Positions 25,401-31,928 of a stretch of 32,000 nt of DNA are shown here, piece after piece. The stretch is from a bacterium (GTDB lineage: Bacteria; UBP7; UBA6624; JBBIMK01): positions 1 to 32,000 of the forward strand of contig JBBIMK010000004.1 in NCBI GenBank assembly GCA_037444445.1, read 5' to 3'. The notes beneath the pieces are model-generated. The model did no database searches, had not been told where the DNA came from, and was given only the letters and a program-made list of their open reading frames with translations. Each line of letters starts with the position of its first letter. Position 1 is the first letter of the stretch. The position numbers were made by a program, and so were the translations under genes.

Positions 25401-27819
25401 TCAGAAGAACATCGTAGGAAGCGTTGCCTTCCACCGTTCGGTCAGGAGTGATTTCTATCCGGATGTCCTGGGTTCCAGCCTGGGGGATGGCAAAGACCCT
25501 GCCTGCGCCCATAACCGACCCGGTGATGTTATTCCCGCCGGTGAAAGCATCCCAGTAAGTCACGGTCCAGCCCGACGGGTTCGTTTGCGGACCTTTTACC
25601 CGAACATTATCCGTGGTGTTCCCTTCATTCTCCAGGCGAACATAATAGGTGGCGGTTGCATTGTTGACGACGGTGAGAGATTTCGTTTGATTCGTTCCGT
25701 CAGAGTTATAGATGCCATCGCCAACCGCATCCGAAAGCCCGGCATCTGTGGCGATGAGACCATCAATGCTGTAAAAGATTCTGGCAGAGGCGCTGGCAAC
25801 CACCACATCCAGAACGGCTTTATCCGCATCGGAGGTTGCGGTAACAGGGATGGTAAAGGTAACGCCACCCGGGGCATTGGAGTTGATGGTGAGTTCCGCA
25901 CGAATGGTGGTGGATGCGGATACAGCGAGGGTGCCGGTATTCCATCCCGCGCCGGCAATCTGGGCGGTAATATCATTCCCGCCCGTCTCCGCATCGTAGT
26001 AAATAAGAGTGCATCCGGCGGTGCATCCGTTGGGCTGTGCCGGAGCGGTGACGGTGAAACTATCAGCAATCACGCCGTCGTTTTGTATCTTCACTACAAA
26101 AACGGTGGTGATGGGACCCGCCTGCACATCCACCTCCCGGTAGGCGGTCTGGTTGGTTCCATCGGTGTTATAGACATTATCGCCCTGGAAAGTCGGGTCG
26201 CCAGAAATCTTGATTTGCCCATCCGCACGAGATTGTGAGTAGTCCATCGTAATATCATCTAAAATCACCTGGAGTTGGCCGTTGGAATGGAGGAAGGCGC
26301 GCCAGTAGATGTTTCCCTGGTAGGGGAATTGACGGATATTGGCAGACACATCGGCGGTGGGGGAAGCCTCATCGTAGGTGCCGTTAGAGGCTATCCAGCC
26401 CGCCCCACCCCAGCGATACCAGTTCGTCCCGTCTGCAGAAAGGATATAGCGGATTCCCGCATTGGGAAGCCCCTGATAAGTCCCCGTTTCCTGAAATCTC
26501 AGGAGAGATGCGAAGGCGGGGCGAACCGCCGTATTCTCTATCATCGGATTAGAGGTAGGATACCTCGTCTGCAGTCCGCTAATAGTCTGCGTCAGGGAAG
26601 GCGTAGGAATCGCATAAAACTTCACCGAGTTCGCCTGGTTTAAGGGGGCAGTGTTCGGTGCACGGTTGTAGCCAGGAACAGTATACCTTGTGCCCCCTAC
26701 ACCCCGACCAATAGCCACCACAGGAGGACAGGGATAAGAGGAGCAGGGAGTAAGATAATTGCCCGTAATATCTGCATAATCAAACTGGATATTCCCGTTC
26801 CGGAACAGCCGGACCTGATATTCATCGGTTCCGTCATTTCCATAGGGGTGAGCACACCATCGGATAACGACTACAGTTGAATTCGGAGAAGGATTCCGAA
26901 AAACACCCTGCTGGGAACAATTGTCACTTCCAACGCCGGACCCATTCCACTGGTCCTGGGCATAGGGGTCAATGACACGACTATTCAGAGTTCCTGACCA
27001 GGCTGAATCATTTAAAGATGCCCACGGGCAATTCGGAGTGCCTGAGTTAGAAGTGTTTGGCATAACGCAACCATTGGCATGAATCCGGATATAGCGGTAG
27101 CGGTTAGTGCCCCAGTATGGGAAGTAAGTACTTCCAAAGTAAGTGCTTAAATCTATGCCAGTTACGCCTTCATCCCCAAGTGTTCCGATAAATGTGCTGG
27201 CTGATGGTGGGTCGTTAAAGCGATTGGACCCCAGGTTCGCCAGAACATAATCTACGGGAGCAGTGCCGGGATAAGAATCCGGCACACCGGCGCCGAACAT
27301 CGCTTCCACATCAGTCGTGCGACCAGAGCAGGATGCACCAATATTCCCGAAATACATAAAAATATCCGTCGTTTGCCCGGTGGGAATGCTGGGCACACGA
27401 ACCCAGAAAGTAGCGGTTTGACTGCCAGCCGGAGAAGGCGTCCAGGTTGCAAGATAGGTGGTCAGAATCGCCCCGGTGGAGTCGGTGAAACAGATGTCGC
27501 TATTGGATGTGGTAGCACCATAATAACTCCAGAAATCGGTCTGATTGGAACCTATATCCACCCTCACTAACTGGTTCGTGTAACTCGTTCCAGTAGTATT
27601 TCCAATGCTAATGGTTTTCCGAACAGGCCAGGGAATCAGCCAGGGAGTATTTTCAAACAGACTTGCCACACCTCCACTGACCACAATTTGACCCGGTGGA
27701 TTGACGGTATAATCCCCCGCATTGGAAAAGTCCCAGGTGGTGGTAGCCCCCATCAGAAAAAAACTGGTGATGAGAGCAAAAAAATTAGATAAAAGCCTCC
27801 TGTTTACGCCATTTGCCAT
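22492..27819 (-). CDS. Giant exported protein (1775 aa): DUF2341-like N-domain, NIDO-like region, 7 CARDB/NEW3-like beta-sandwich repeats, C-terminal hydrophobic anchor
   Basis: ATG 27819 lies 7 nt after AAGGAGGTG. The signal peptide is MANGVNRRLLSNFFALITSFFLMGATTTW. WPVRKTISIGN...SDICFTDSTG...ATFWVRVPSIP...IFMYFGN fits the DUF2341 pattern. The seven repeats carry motifs such as TYYVRLENEGNTTDNVRV...GWTVTYWDAFTGGNNIT. The C-terminus reads LPLLFALTLVAGLGLGFRRRS.... Confidence 0.85.
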   Translation of the reverse strand: MANGVNRRLLSNFFALITSFFLMGATTTWDFSNAGDYTVNPPGQIVVSGGVASLFENTPWLIPWPVRKTISIGNTTGTSYTNQLVRVDIGSNQTDFWSYYGATTSNSDICFTDSTGAILTTYLATWTPSPAGSQTATFWVRVPSIPTGQTTDIFMYFGNIGASCSGRTTDVEAMFGAGVPDSYPGTAPVDYVLANLGSNRFNDPPSASTFIGTLGDEGVTGIDLSTYFGSTYFPYWGTNRYRYIRIHANGCVMPNTSNSGTPNCPWASLNDSAWSGTLNSRVIDPYAQDQWNGSGVGSDNCSQQGVFRNPSPNSTVVVIRWCAHPYGNDGTDEYQVRLFRNGNIQFDYADITGNYLTPCSSYPCPPVVAIGRGVGGTRYTVPGYNRAPNTAPLNQANSVKFYAIPTPSLTQTISGLQTRYPTSNPMIENTAVRPAFASLLRFQETGTYQGLPNAGIRYILSADGTNWYRWGGAGWIASNGTYDEASPTADVSANIRQFPYQGNIYWRAFLHSNGQLQVILDDITMDYSQSRADGQIKISGDPTFQGDNVYNTDGTNQTAYREVDVQAGPITTVFVVKIQNDGVIADSFTVTAPAQPNGCTAGCTLIYYDAETGGNDITAQIAGAGWNTGTLAVSASTTIRAELTINSNAPGGVTFTIPVTATSDADKAVLDVVVASASARIFYSIDGLIATDAGLSDAVGDGIYNSDGTNQTKSLTVVNNATATYYVRLENEGNTTDNVRVKGPQTNPSGWTVTYWDAFTGGNNITGSVMGAGRVFAIPQAGTQDIRIEITPDRTVEGNASYDVLLTSTSVSDATKVDAVKAHTTVILFRQADLSIGLQPLPSMRIGNDVYTPPDPVENQTLQQATTGQTLTYYFWLENDGNVLGNFTLRADTAPPAGWTARYYTQQTGGADITSAILGGYTVQIPKFSLSGIYRLEVTPDVNTLNAGDTFAPGITLTPVQEPQKSDKVIAESVVGPIYRPDVLASSDNIDYIGNNLFDPTQIVSRDTGPGVTATYYFRVQNDGNTSDQMRISGTAGSGQWDVKYYDAISGGTDITGAVTAGSYITATLNRNEEVFFRGEVTAASGSLGDLLEISFTATSVFDGTRSDTVKARTRLSYMPDLSIDQDNDINGAIGRRIINTNATGQSLSRVANTGSPAIYYIFAENIGLEDEFLLTGTPPTSDGWDIHYFDEASGSEITALLTSTGWRTGTFSTGNYRVVRLEVTPTSQASGTTKTVAVQVRSLSAPGAADAVKAVTSRQTPPNIFYGTDLQVDNNGNNIQGAPGTGLGGSSTKTVVDGQTASYSILLRNTGNTSDTYQFTWVTPSGFTAVLNDGTADRASGYITPVVTAGGSMSFTFKVTKPTPPFLGNDISQTFIVDAVSQGDPTKSDSLEARANIQAIRYGVDGAIDGNGAGIIGAPNSGAGGSSSKFAPPGNTANFDITIVNTGNVNDLYTFNFLGSPPPGWAVGVYYNNVLLGQTPVIPPGSSFPQFPNSLQLRITSPTSASAIQTFILNMVSSGDGTKADSLRALVNPVSPATASLKVEKGGVIPEFIQVYPGNMKVSMLQLKMTADPTGNDIRLKGLSLFAQGTGNDAYPNILVKLWTDTDGDGKPNGTTPLATGYYANDNGIADLTLAVSEVIPKGTTRTYVVTYDFASNLSASAGVIGAPISGATSHTGKAGGLPLLFALTLVAGLGLGFRRRSLLATALVLLVAVGLFTSCNGGGGAGPSLPPLQFWARITSNFDVRAEDAVTSSPAEVIVVAPPIESAKATLVP
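23221..26223 (-). repeat. Seven tandem CARDB/NEW3-like domain repeats (about 140-150 codons each) inside the 1775-aa gene
   Basis: Recurrent [YF]Y[FV].[VL][EQ]N.GN..D.[FVM].[VLI] is followed by GW...Y[YW]D...GG.[DN]IT. The core motifs lie at ORF-track residues about 600, 752, 899, 1042, 1186, 1330 and 1466. Confidence 0.7.
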
Positions 27820-27856
27820 TTCTGGCACCTCCTTTCTATTTTCAAGGTTAAATTTT

Positions 27857-28306
27857 TCATCTTCCCCTTCTCCATTCTTCCCGCTCTTCAAATAGTTCAA
27901 TCAGGGGAGTATCCGGCGATTCGGGGCGAGGTCCCAGCACTCCTTTCTTCGGGTCGGGAATCAAGTCCAGCCTTTCTAACACAATCTGTCCCAGCAAAAT
28001 TTTCCCGTCCGGCTCCACGATGGCATCAAATTCTCCCTGCCTGCCCAGAATTTCCAAGATAATCCCATAAGCCACCTTTCTGGATGCCCTCCGACCATCT
28101 GCATAGGCCACCGTCGTTTCCTTCTCAAAATAAGGGAGTTGTAATTTCTGAGCCACCTCTTGCGGTATCACCAGAGAAGTGGCCCCGGTATCTACTAACC
28201 CTTCCTCTTCCATCACTTGAATCTCTGAGGCTCTCCGAATGCCTTTCACATATTCCAACTGATGCGCCATACTCCACAATCTCACTTTCGTCGTCACTTT
28301 GCCCAT
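27857..28306 (-). CDS. Retropepsin-like (clan AA) aspartyl protease, canonical DTG
   Basis: 149 aa starting MGKVTTKVRLW. The catalytic loop is GLVDTGATSLVIP and the C-terminal dimerisation-strand pattern is KILLGQIVLERLDLIPDPKKG. AGGGG lies 7 nt upstream of ATG 28306. No signal peptide. Confidence 0.75.
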   Translation of the reverse strand: MGKVTTKVRLWSMAHQLEYVKGIRRASEIQVMEEEGLVDTGATSLVIPQEVAQKLQLPYFEKETTVAYADGRRASRKVAYGIILEILGRQGEFDAIVEPDGKILLGQIVLERLDLIPDPKKGVLGPRPESPDTPLIELFEEREEWRRGR

Positions 28307-28378
28307 TTCTACCCCTGACACCATAGCCAGTGGCAACATGCTCTTACGATTGCCTCGCCACCTCCCTTCCTAATCTCC

Positions 28379-28738
28379 TTATGCCTCAGCCTCTGGAACA
28401 ATGAGCCGCTCCTTTTTGGGTTCCACCCAGAGGCCAGTGGCCTGTAGCACATCCGCCCCGAGAGTAGCCCTGTCCCTTATCTCACCAAAAACCACCGGGC
28501 GCAAGGCGGATTTCCCTTCTACCTGGAAAATGACATAACCCACCCACCGACTGATTCTGCAAGAATCCATCACTTCCAAATCAATGGGAAAGGGAGAGGG
28601 CTCTATGCCAATTTTCTTCAACCTTTTTGCGGGTATCACACTCATCACTGCGTCTGTGTCCACCGAATGGTTCACCTTTTCCTCCCGCCGGCGTTCCCCC
28701 GGGTTAGAAATCTTCACCGCCCACTGGAAGAGACCCAT
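28379..28738 (-). CDS. Retropepsin-like protein paralogue with a variant active-site loop (DTD)
   Basis: 119 aa starting MGLFQWAVKISN. The loop is HSVDTDAVMSVIP, with Asp in place of the Gly of DTG. The C-terminal pattern ATLGADVLQATGLWVEPKKERL parallels the neighbouring paralogue. Confidence 0.65.
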   Translation of the reverse strand: MGLFQWAVKISNPGERRREEKVNHSVDTDAVMSVIPAKRLKKIGIEPSPFPIDLEVMDSCRISRWVGYVIFQVEGKSALRPVVFGEIRDRATLGADVLQATGLWVEPKKERLIVPEAEA

Positions 28739-28868
28739 TTTCCTTTTCTCTACCTCTCTAAAGCCCTTGATAGCGGGCTATGGAGATAAAAATTATCCCC
28801 TTTTTCTACCCTCCCCTTTTCCAAAATTTTCCTCCTTCTTTCCTCCTCAAACACCTATTTCACATTCT

Positions 28869-28897
28869 ATTATAAATGCGACCCCCTGTCATGTCAA
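28869..28897 (-). promoter_or_regulatory. Perfect-consensus sigma70-type promoter (TTGACA-N17-TATAAT) facing the retropepsin/giant-protein cluster
   Basis: The minus strand reads GGTTGACAtgacagggggtcgcattTATAATag. The -35 is at 28897..28892, the spacer is exactly 17 nt, and the -10 is at 28874..28869. It lies about 130 nt upstream of ATG 28738, and the leader is GA-rich. Confidence 0.6.
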
Positions 28898-29010
28898 CCC
28901 TGAAGGTGGAAATCCCATAGAAGAAAAATGGAAAAGGGATGAACAAAGAAAAGGGACAGGTGAAAAAAGCACATTCCGTCCCGCTTTCTGGCAGGATTCC
29001 GACGATTTTT

Positions 29011-29039
29011 TTGTCAGAGCACTCCAGCATTCCTTAATC
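29011..29039 (+). promoter_or_regulatory. Possible promoter for pheS (TTGTCA-N17-TTAATC)
   Basis: TTGTCA at 29011-29016, a 17-nt spacer, and TTAATC at 29034-29039. The site is about 33 nt upstream of ATG 29073. This is a hexamer match only, and the SD is weak. Confidence 0.3.
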
Positions 29040-29072
29040 CTCAGTGTTGGCTGTGGTAAAATGGTGTAGGTT

Positions 29073-30092
29073 ATGAAAGAACGAATAGAATCCGGGAAAA
29101 AAATTCTGACAGAAAAACTGACGAGAGCCACCTCCGTAGCGGAAGTAGAATCTTTACGGGTAGAGGTTCTGGGAAGGAAAGGATTCCTGAGGACTATTCT
29201 GGAGGACCTGAAAAAAGCACCCCCGGAAGAGCGCCCTGCCCTCGGAAAACTTATCAATGAATTCAAACAACTGGCTGAACAGGAGATTGAAAAGAGGCTG
29301 AAGGAATTGACAGGCCTGGCGCTGGAGGAACGCCACCTGCAGGAAAAATTGGATGTCACCCTCCCCGGCAGTCGTCCACCCAGAGGAAACTGGCATATCC
29401 TGACAAAAACTCTGAAAAAAATCTTAGAAGTCTTCTTGAGAATGGGCTTTGAAGTGGTGGACGGACCGGAGATGGAGGAAGAATACTATAATTTTGAGGC
29501 GCTGAATATCCCCTGGTTTCACCCCGCCAGAGATGAGCAGGATTCTTTCTATATAGAAAAGGGATGGCTGTTAAGGACTCAGACCTCTCCGGTGCAGATT
29601 CGGGTGATGAAGGAGCGAAAGCCTCCCTTCCGCATCATCTCCCCCGGAAAGGTGTATAGGCGGGACCCCTTTGATGCCCGCCACTCCCCTTGCTTCCACC
29701 AGATTGAAGGATTGATGGTGGGGGAGAAGGTGTCTTTCTCGGACCTGAAAGGGATATTGGACCTATTCTGCAAGGAGATATTTGGTGAAGACACAAGCAC
29801 CCGCTTTCGCCCCTCCTACTTTCCCTTCACCGAGCCCTCTGCGGAGGTGGATATTTCCTGCCAGATTTGCCACAGGGCAGGATGCCCCGTGTGCAAACGC
29901 ACAGGCTGGGTAGAAATTTTAGGCTGTGGAATGGTCCACCCCCAGGTGTTCAAGAATGTGGGCTACAACCCGAAGAAAATTCAGGGATTCGCCTTCGGTA
30001 TGGGATTAGAGCGTATCACCATGCTGATTCACCGGATTGACGACATCCGGCTGTTTTACGAGAACGACCTTCGCTTCCTCCGCCAATTCTAA
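29073..30092 (+). CDS. pheS: Phenylalanine--tRNA ligase alpha subunit
   Basis: N-terminal coiled-coil region (LRVEVLGRKGFL). Class II motif 2 context is KVYRRDPFDARHSPCFHQIEGLMVG, and motif 3 is GFAFGMGLERITMLIHRIDDIRLFYENDLRFLRQF. Confidence 0.95.
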   Translation: MKERIESGKKILTEKLTRATSVAEVESLRVEVLGRKGFLRTILEDLKKAPPEERPALGKLINEFKQLAEQEIEKRLKELTGLALEERHLQEKLDVTLPGSRPPRGNWHILTKTLKKILEVFLRMGFEVVDGPEMEEEYYNFEALNIPWFHPARDEQDSFYIEKGWLLRTQTSPVQIRVMKERKPPFRIISPGKVYRRDPFDARHSPCFHQIEGLMVGEKVSFSDLKGILDLFCKEIFGEDTSTRFRPSYFPFTEPSAEVDISCQICHRAGCPVCKRTGWVEILGCGMVHPQVFKNVGYNPKKIQGFAFGMGLERITMLIHRIDDIRLFYENDLRFLRQF

Positions 30093-30099
30093 ATATTAA

Positions 30100-30134
30100 C
30101 CCTTTTGGTGCCAGGCACCAAAGGTGTTATTATT
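30100..30134 (+). repeat. REP-like palindromic element, full copy
   Basis: CCCTTTTGGTGCCAGGCACCAAAGGtGTTATTATT. The stem is TTTGGTG/CACCAAA around CCAGG. It starts 8 nt after the pheS stop and matches 31894-31928 at 34 of 35 positions. Confidence 0.8.
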
Positions 30135-30143
30135 TTAGTTAGC

Positions 30144-31127
30144 ATGCCACGACTACCCCGAATTGAATTTGAGGGCGCCTGTTACCATGTTTTCTCCCGG
30201 GGAAATAATCGCCAGCCCATCTTTTACACCGACAAAGACCGCCTGTATTTCCTGAAAAATTTAGAATCGCTCAAGGTAAAACTCCAGGTCAAAATTTACG
30301 CCTTTTGCCTTTTGACCACCCATTTTCACCTGCTGTTAGAAACGGAAAAAGCGAACCTCTCCACTCTGATGCAGAATTTGCTGACGAATTATGCGAGTTA
30401 TTTTAGGCGACAATATCGGACGGATGGGCACATCTTTCATGGGCGGTATCGTGCTATCCTGTGCGACAGGGATTCCTACTTTCTCCAGTTAACCCGTTAC
30501 ATCCACTTAAATCCTTATCATGCAGGGTTGTGTAGTGTTCCTGAAGATTATCCCTGGAGTAGCCTCAGAGCCTACCTGAACCTACCCTGCTCTTATCCAG
30601 TAAAAGTGGATATGGACCTGGCATTAAAACTGATAGGAGATGCGAATTCATATCGGCGATTTATTTGGGATGAAGTCACTGGCGTAACCCCTGTCTGGAA
30701 GCCTGAACCCCGGAGCAACTTTCTGGGTTCAACAGAATTCCTTGAAATGCTTTTAGATAAATTAAAAAGTTGTGGATGGACCCAGGAAAGTCTATCCGAA
30801 CTCAGCGAAAGGTTACGGGGCGTAAAGGAAATTCCTCTACCCGGTCTTATCCAACGAGTTTGTGAGTTTTATAAAATTACCCCCGAGGACCTTCGTAGCA
30901 CCACCCGACGGCGGAAAGTGGCAAAGGCGCGAGGAGTTCTAATCTATCTGGCGAAAGAAAATCTGGGATTAAAAATATCCAGCCTGAAAAACGAATTAGC
31001 GGCAGGTGAATCTACTTTTAAGCGATGGGTGAGGTTGATTCGGCGAGATGAAAAACTTCAGCGGGAGGCGAAAGAAATAATGACACCCTTTGGTGCCAGG
31101 CACCAGGGGGGTCATTTTCGCGCTTGA
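30144..31127 (+). CDS. REP-associated tyrosine transposase (IS200/Y1 family) with a C-terminal DnaA-C-like HTH domain
   Basis: MPRLPRIEFEGACYHVFSRGNNRQPIF. The HUH motif is HFHLLLE (30321-30329). The catalytic Tyr context is LTRYIHLNPYHAGL...YPWSS. The C-terminal ITPEDLRSTTRRRKVAKARGVLIYLAKENLGLKISSL resembles the DnaA domain IV HTH. The ORF-track N-extension MVPGTKGVIILVS is a translation of the REP. Confidence 0.85.
   Translation: MPRLPRIEFEGACYHVFSRGNNRQPIFYTDKDRLYFLKNLESLKVKLQVKIYAFCLLTTHFHLLLETEKANLSTLMQNLLTNYASYFRRQYRTDGHIFHGRYRAILCDRDSYFLQLTRYIHLNPYHAGLCSVPEDYPWSSLRAYLNLPCSYPVKVDMDLALKLIGDANSYRRFIWDEVTGVTPVWKPEPRSNFLGSTEFLEMLLDKLKSCGWTQESLSELSERLRGVKEIPLPGLIQRVCEFYKITPEDLRSTTRRRKVAKARGVLIYLAKENLGLKISSLKNELAAGESTFKRWVRLIRRDEKLQREAKEIMTPFGARHQGGHFRA
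31086..31118 (+). repeat. REP-like palindromic element, diverged copy
   Basis: CCCTTTGGTGCCAGGCACCAggggggGTcATTtT. It keeps the core palindrome TGGTGCC-A-GGCACCA. It lies inside the last 14 codons of the RAYT ORF and spans the convergent overlap with the 31112 gene. Confidence 0.7.
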
Positions 31128-31864
31128 AGGATTTCAACAACCGCACGAACATAGGCTGAAAGGAGGGATTTCTCTTTCTTGTCCACCGACTGGAGAGCCT
31201 GTGTGAGAAGAACCACCAGATAGTAATCCGGATTCTCGTCGGAGTCCACAACTTTACCGGAGCGGGCGTCAATATCCACCACGGTTTTCCCCAGGTCTGC
31301 TTCCCGGGTTGCCAGGTAGGCTTTGACTTCCACTTCATCCGCAAGGAGGGGAAGAGGGATCTGAAGGAACTCACCCCGATTCAGCCATTTTCCCACATCT
31401 TTTTTAAGTTCACCTGTGATGCCCGCCATACGGTAGGAAACCGTCACTTCCTTCAAATACACATCACCGTTATTGCGGAAGAGGTCTCGCTTTTGAGGCA
31501 CAAAGACACTGATGACGGCAGCGGGGCCGCCCTTCGCTATCACGGGCTGAGGTTCGGATTCCAGAGAGGTCAATTTAGCGGAAGCGAGGGTTTTCCACCC
31601 TTCTTTAATGTCCGTTTTACTCCCCGTTTCTGGCTGTATGCGAGCAAATTGATACCCCTCCTGTGAAGGTGAGCGGAGATAATGAAGGGCCTCCCGCAGA
31701 GGGTCCCGGGCTTTCGTCAGGTCCGGCAGGGGGTCCTGCAAAAGCGAGTGAACGACCTTCACCCGCTCATAAGCCATAGAAAGAGGAGTCGGAGGACTTC
31801 CCTCTTTCGCAACCGCAAAAAGGAAGGCGGGTAGCAGGAGGTAAAGGGAAGAAATTTTTTTCAT
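31112..31864 (-). CDS. Secreted hypothetical protein (250 aa)
   Basis: ATG 31864 lies 7 nt after GAGGTG. The signal peptide is MKKISSLYLLLPAFLFAVAKEG. No family recognised. The ORF-track extension MVPGTKRVIIRNRGDRR is a translation of the REP. Confidence 0.6.
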   Translation of the reverse strand: MKKISSLYLLLPAFLFAVAKEGSPPTPLSMAYERVKVVHSLLQDPLPDLTKARDPLREALHYLRSPSQEGYQFARIQPETGSKTDIKEGWKTLASAKLTSLESEPQPVIAKGGPAAVISVFVPQKRDLFRNNGDVYLKEVTVSYRMAGITGELKKDVGKWLNRGEFLQIPLPLLADEVEVKAYLATREADLGKTVVDIDARSGKVVDSDENPDYYLVVLLTQALQSVDKKEKSLLSAYVRAVVEILQARK

Positions 31865-31893
31865 TCTTCTATCACCTCTATTTCTAATAATGA

Positions 31894-31928
31894 CCCTTTT
31901 GGTGCCAGGCACCAAAGGGGTTATTATT
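31894..31928 (+). repeat. REP-like palindromic element, full copy
   Basis: CCCTTTTGGTGCCAGGCACCAAAGGgGTTATTATT. It has the same orientation as the copy at 30100. Its TTATTATT tail contains the stop codon of the minus-strand gatC fragment. Confidence 0.8.

Larger units (their letters stand above)
30100..31118 (+). mobile_element. REP - RAYT (IS200-like Y1 transposase) - REP unit
   Basis: A tyrosine-transposase gene is bracketed by two same-orientation copies of the palindromic repeat (30100 and 31086). Further copies lie at 31894 and at the window start. Confidence 0.6.

Noticed and set aside
13100-26223. Regular periodicity inside the giant genes, considered as a possible CRISPR array or tandem DNA satellite.
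   Set aside because: The repeats are 270-690 nt protein-domain units with diverged DNA sequence, all within continuous ORFs. There are no short identical repeats separated by unique spacers.
11282-27819. Giant proteins considered as polymorphic toxins, RTX/T1SS substrates, autotransporters or Rhs proteins.
   Set aside because: There are no GGxGxD nonapeptide arrays, YD/Rhs repeats, C-terminal toxin or immunity pair, beta-barrel translocator domain, or adjacent ABC, MFP or TpsB genes.
27820-27900. ORF-track N-terminal extension of the 1775-aa protein (MNYLKSGKNGEGEDEKFNLENRKEVPE).
   Set aside because: AAGGAGGTG sits 7 nt upstream of ATG 27819, and the signal peptide starts there. The extension overlaps the upstream protease gene and translates the GA-rich leader.
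11074-28897. Giant cluster considered as a tRNA-integrated genomic island.
   Set aside because: The cluster lies on the 5' side of tRNA-Ile. I saw no integrase gene and no duplicated tRNA 3' fragment in the window.
30105-30143. MVPGTK... N-terminal extensions on the RAYT ORF (30105) and on the minus-strand ORF (up to 31915).
   Set aside because: Both are translations of the palindromic REP element, which gives the same peptide on both strands. The real starts, ATG 30144 and ATG 31864, have better context.
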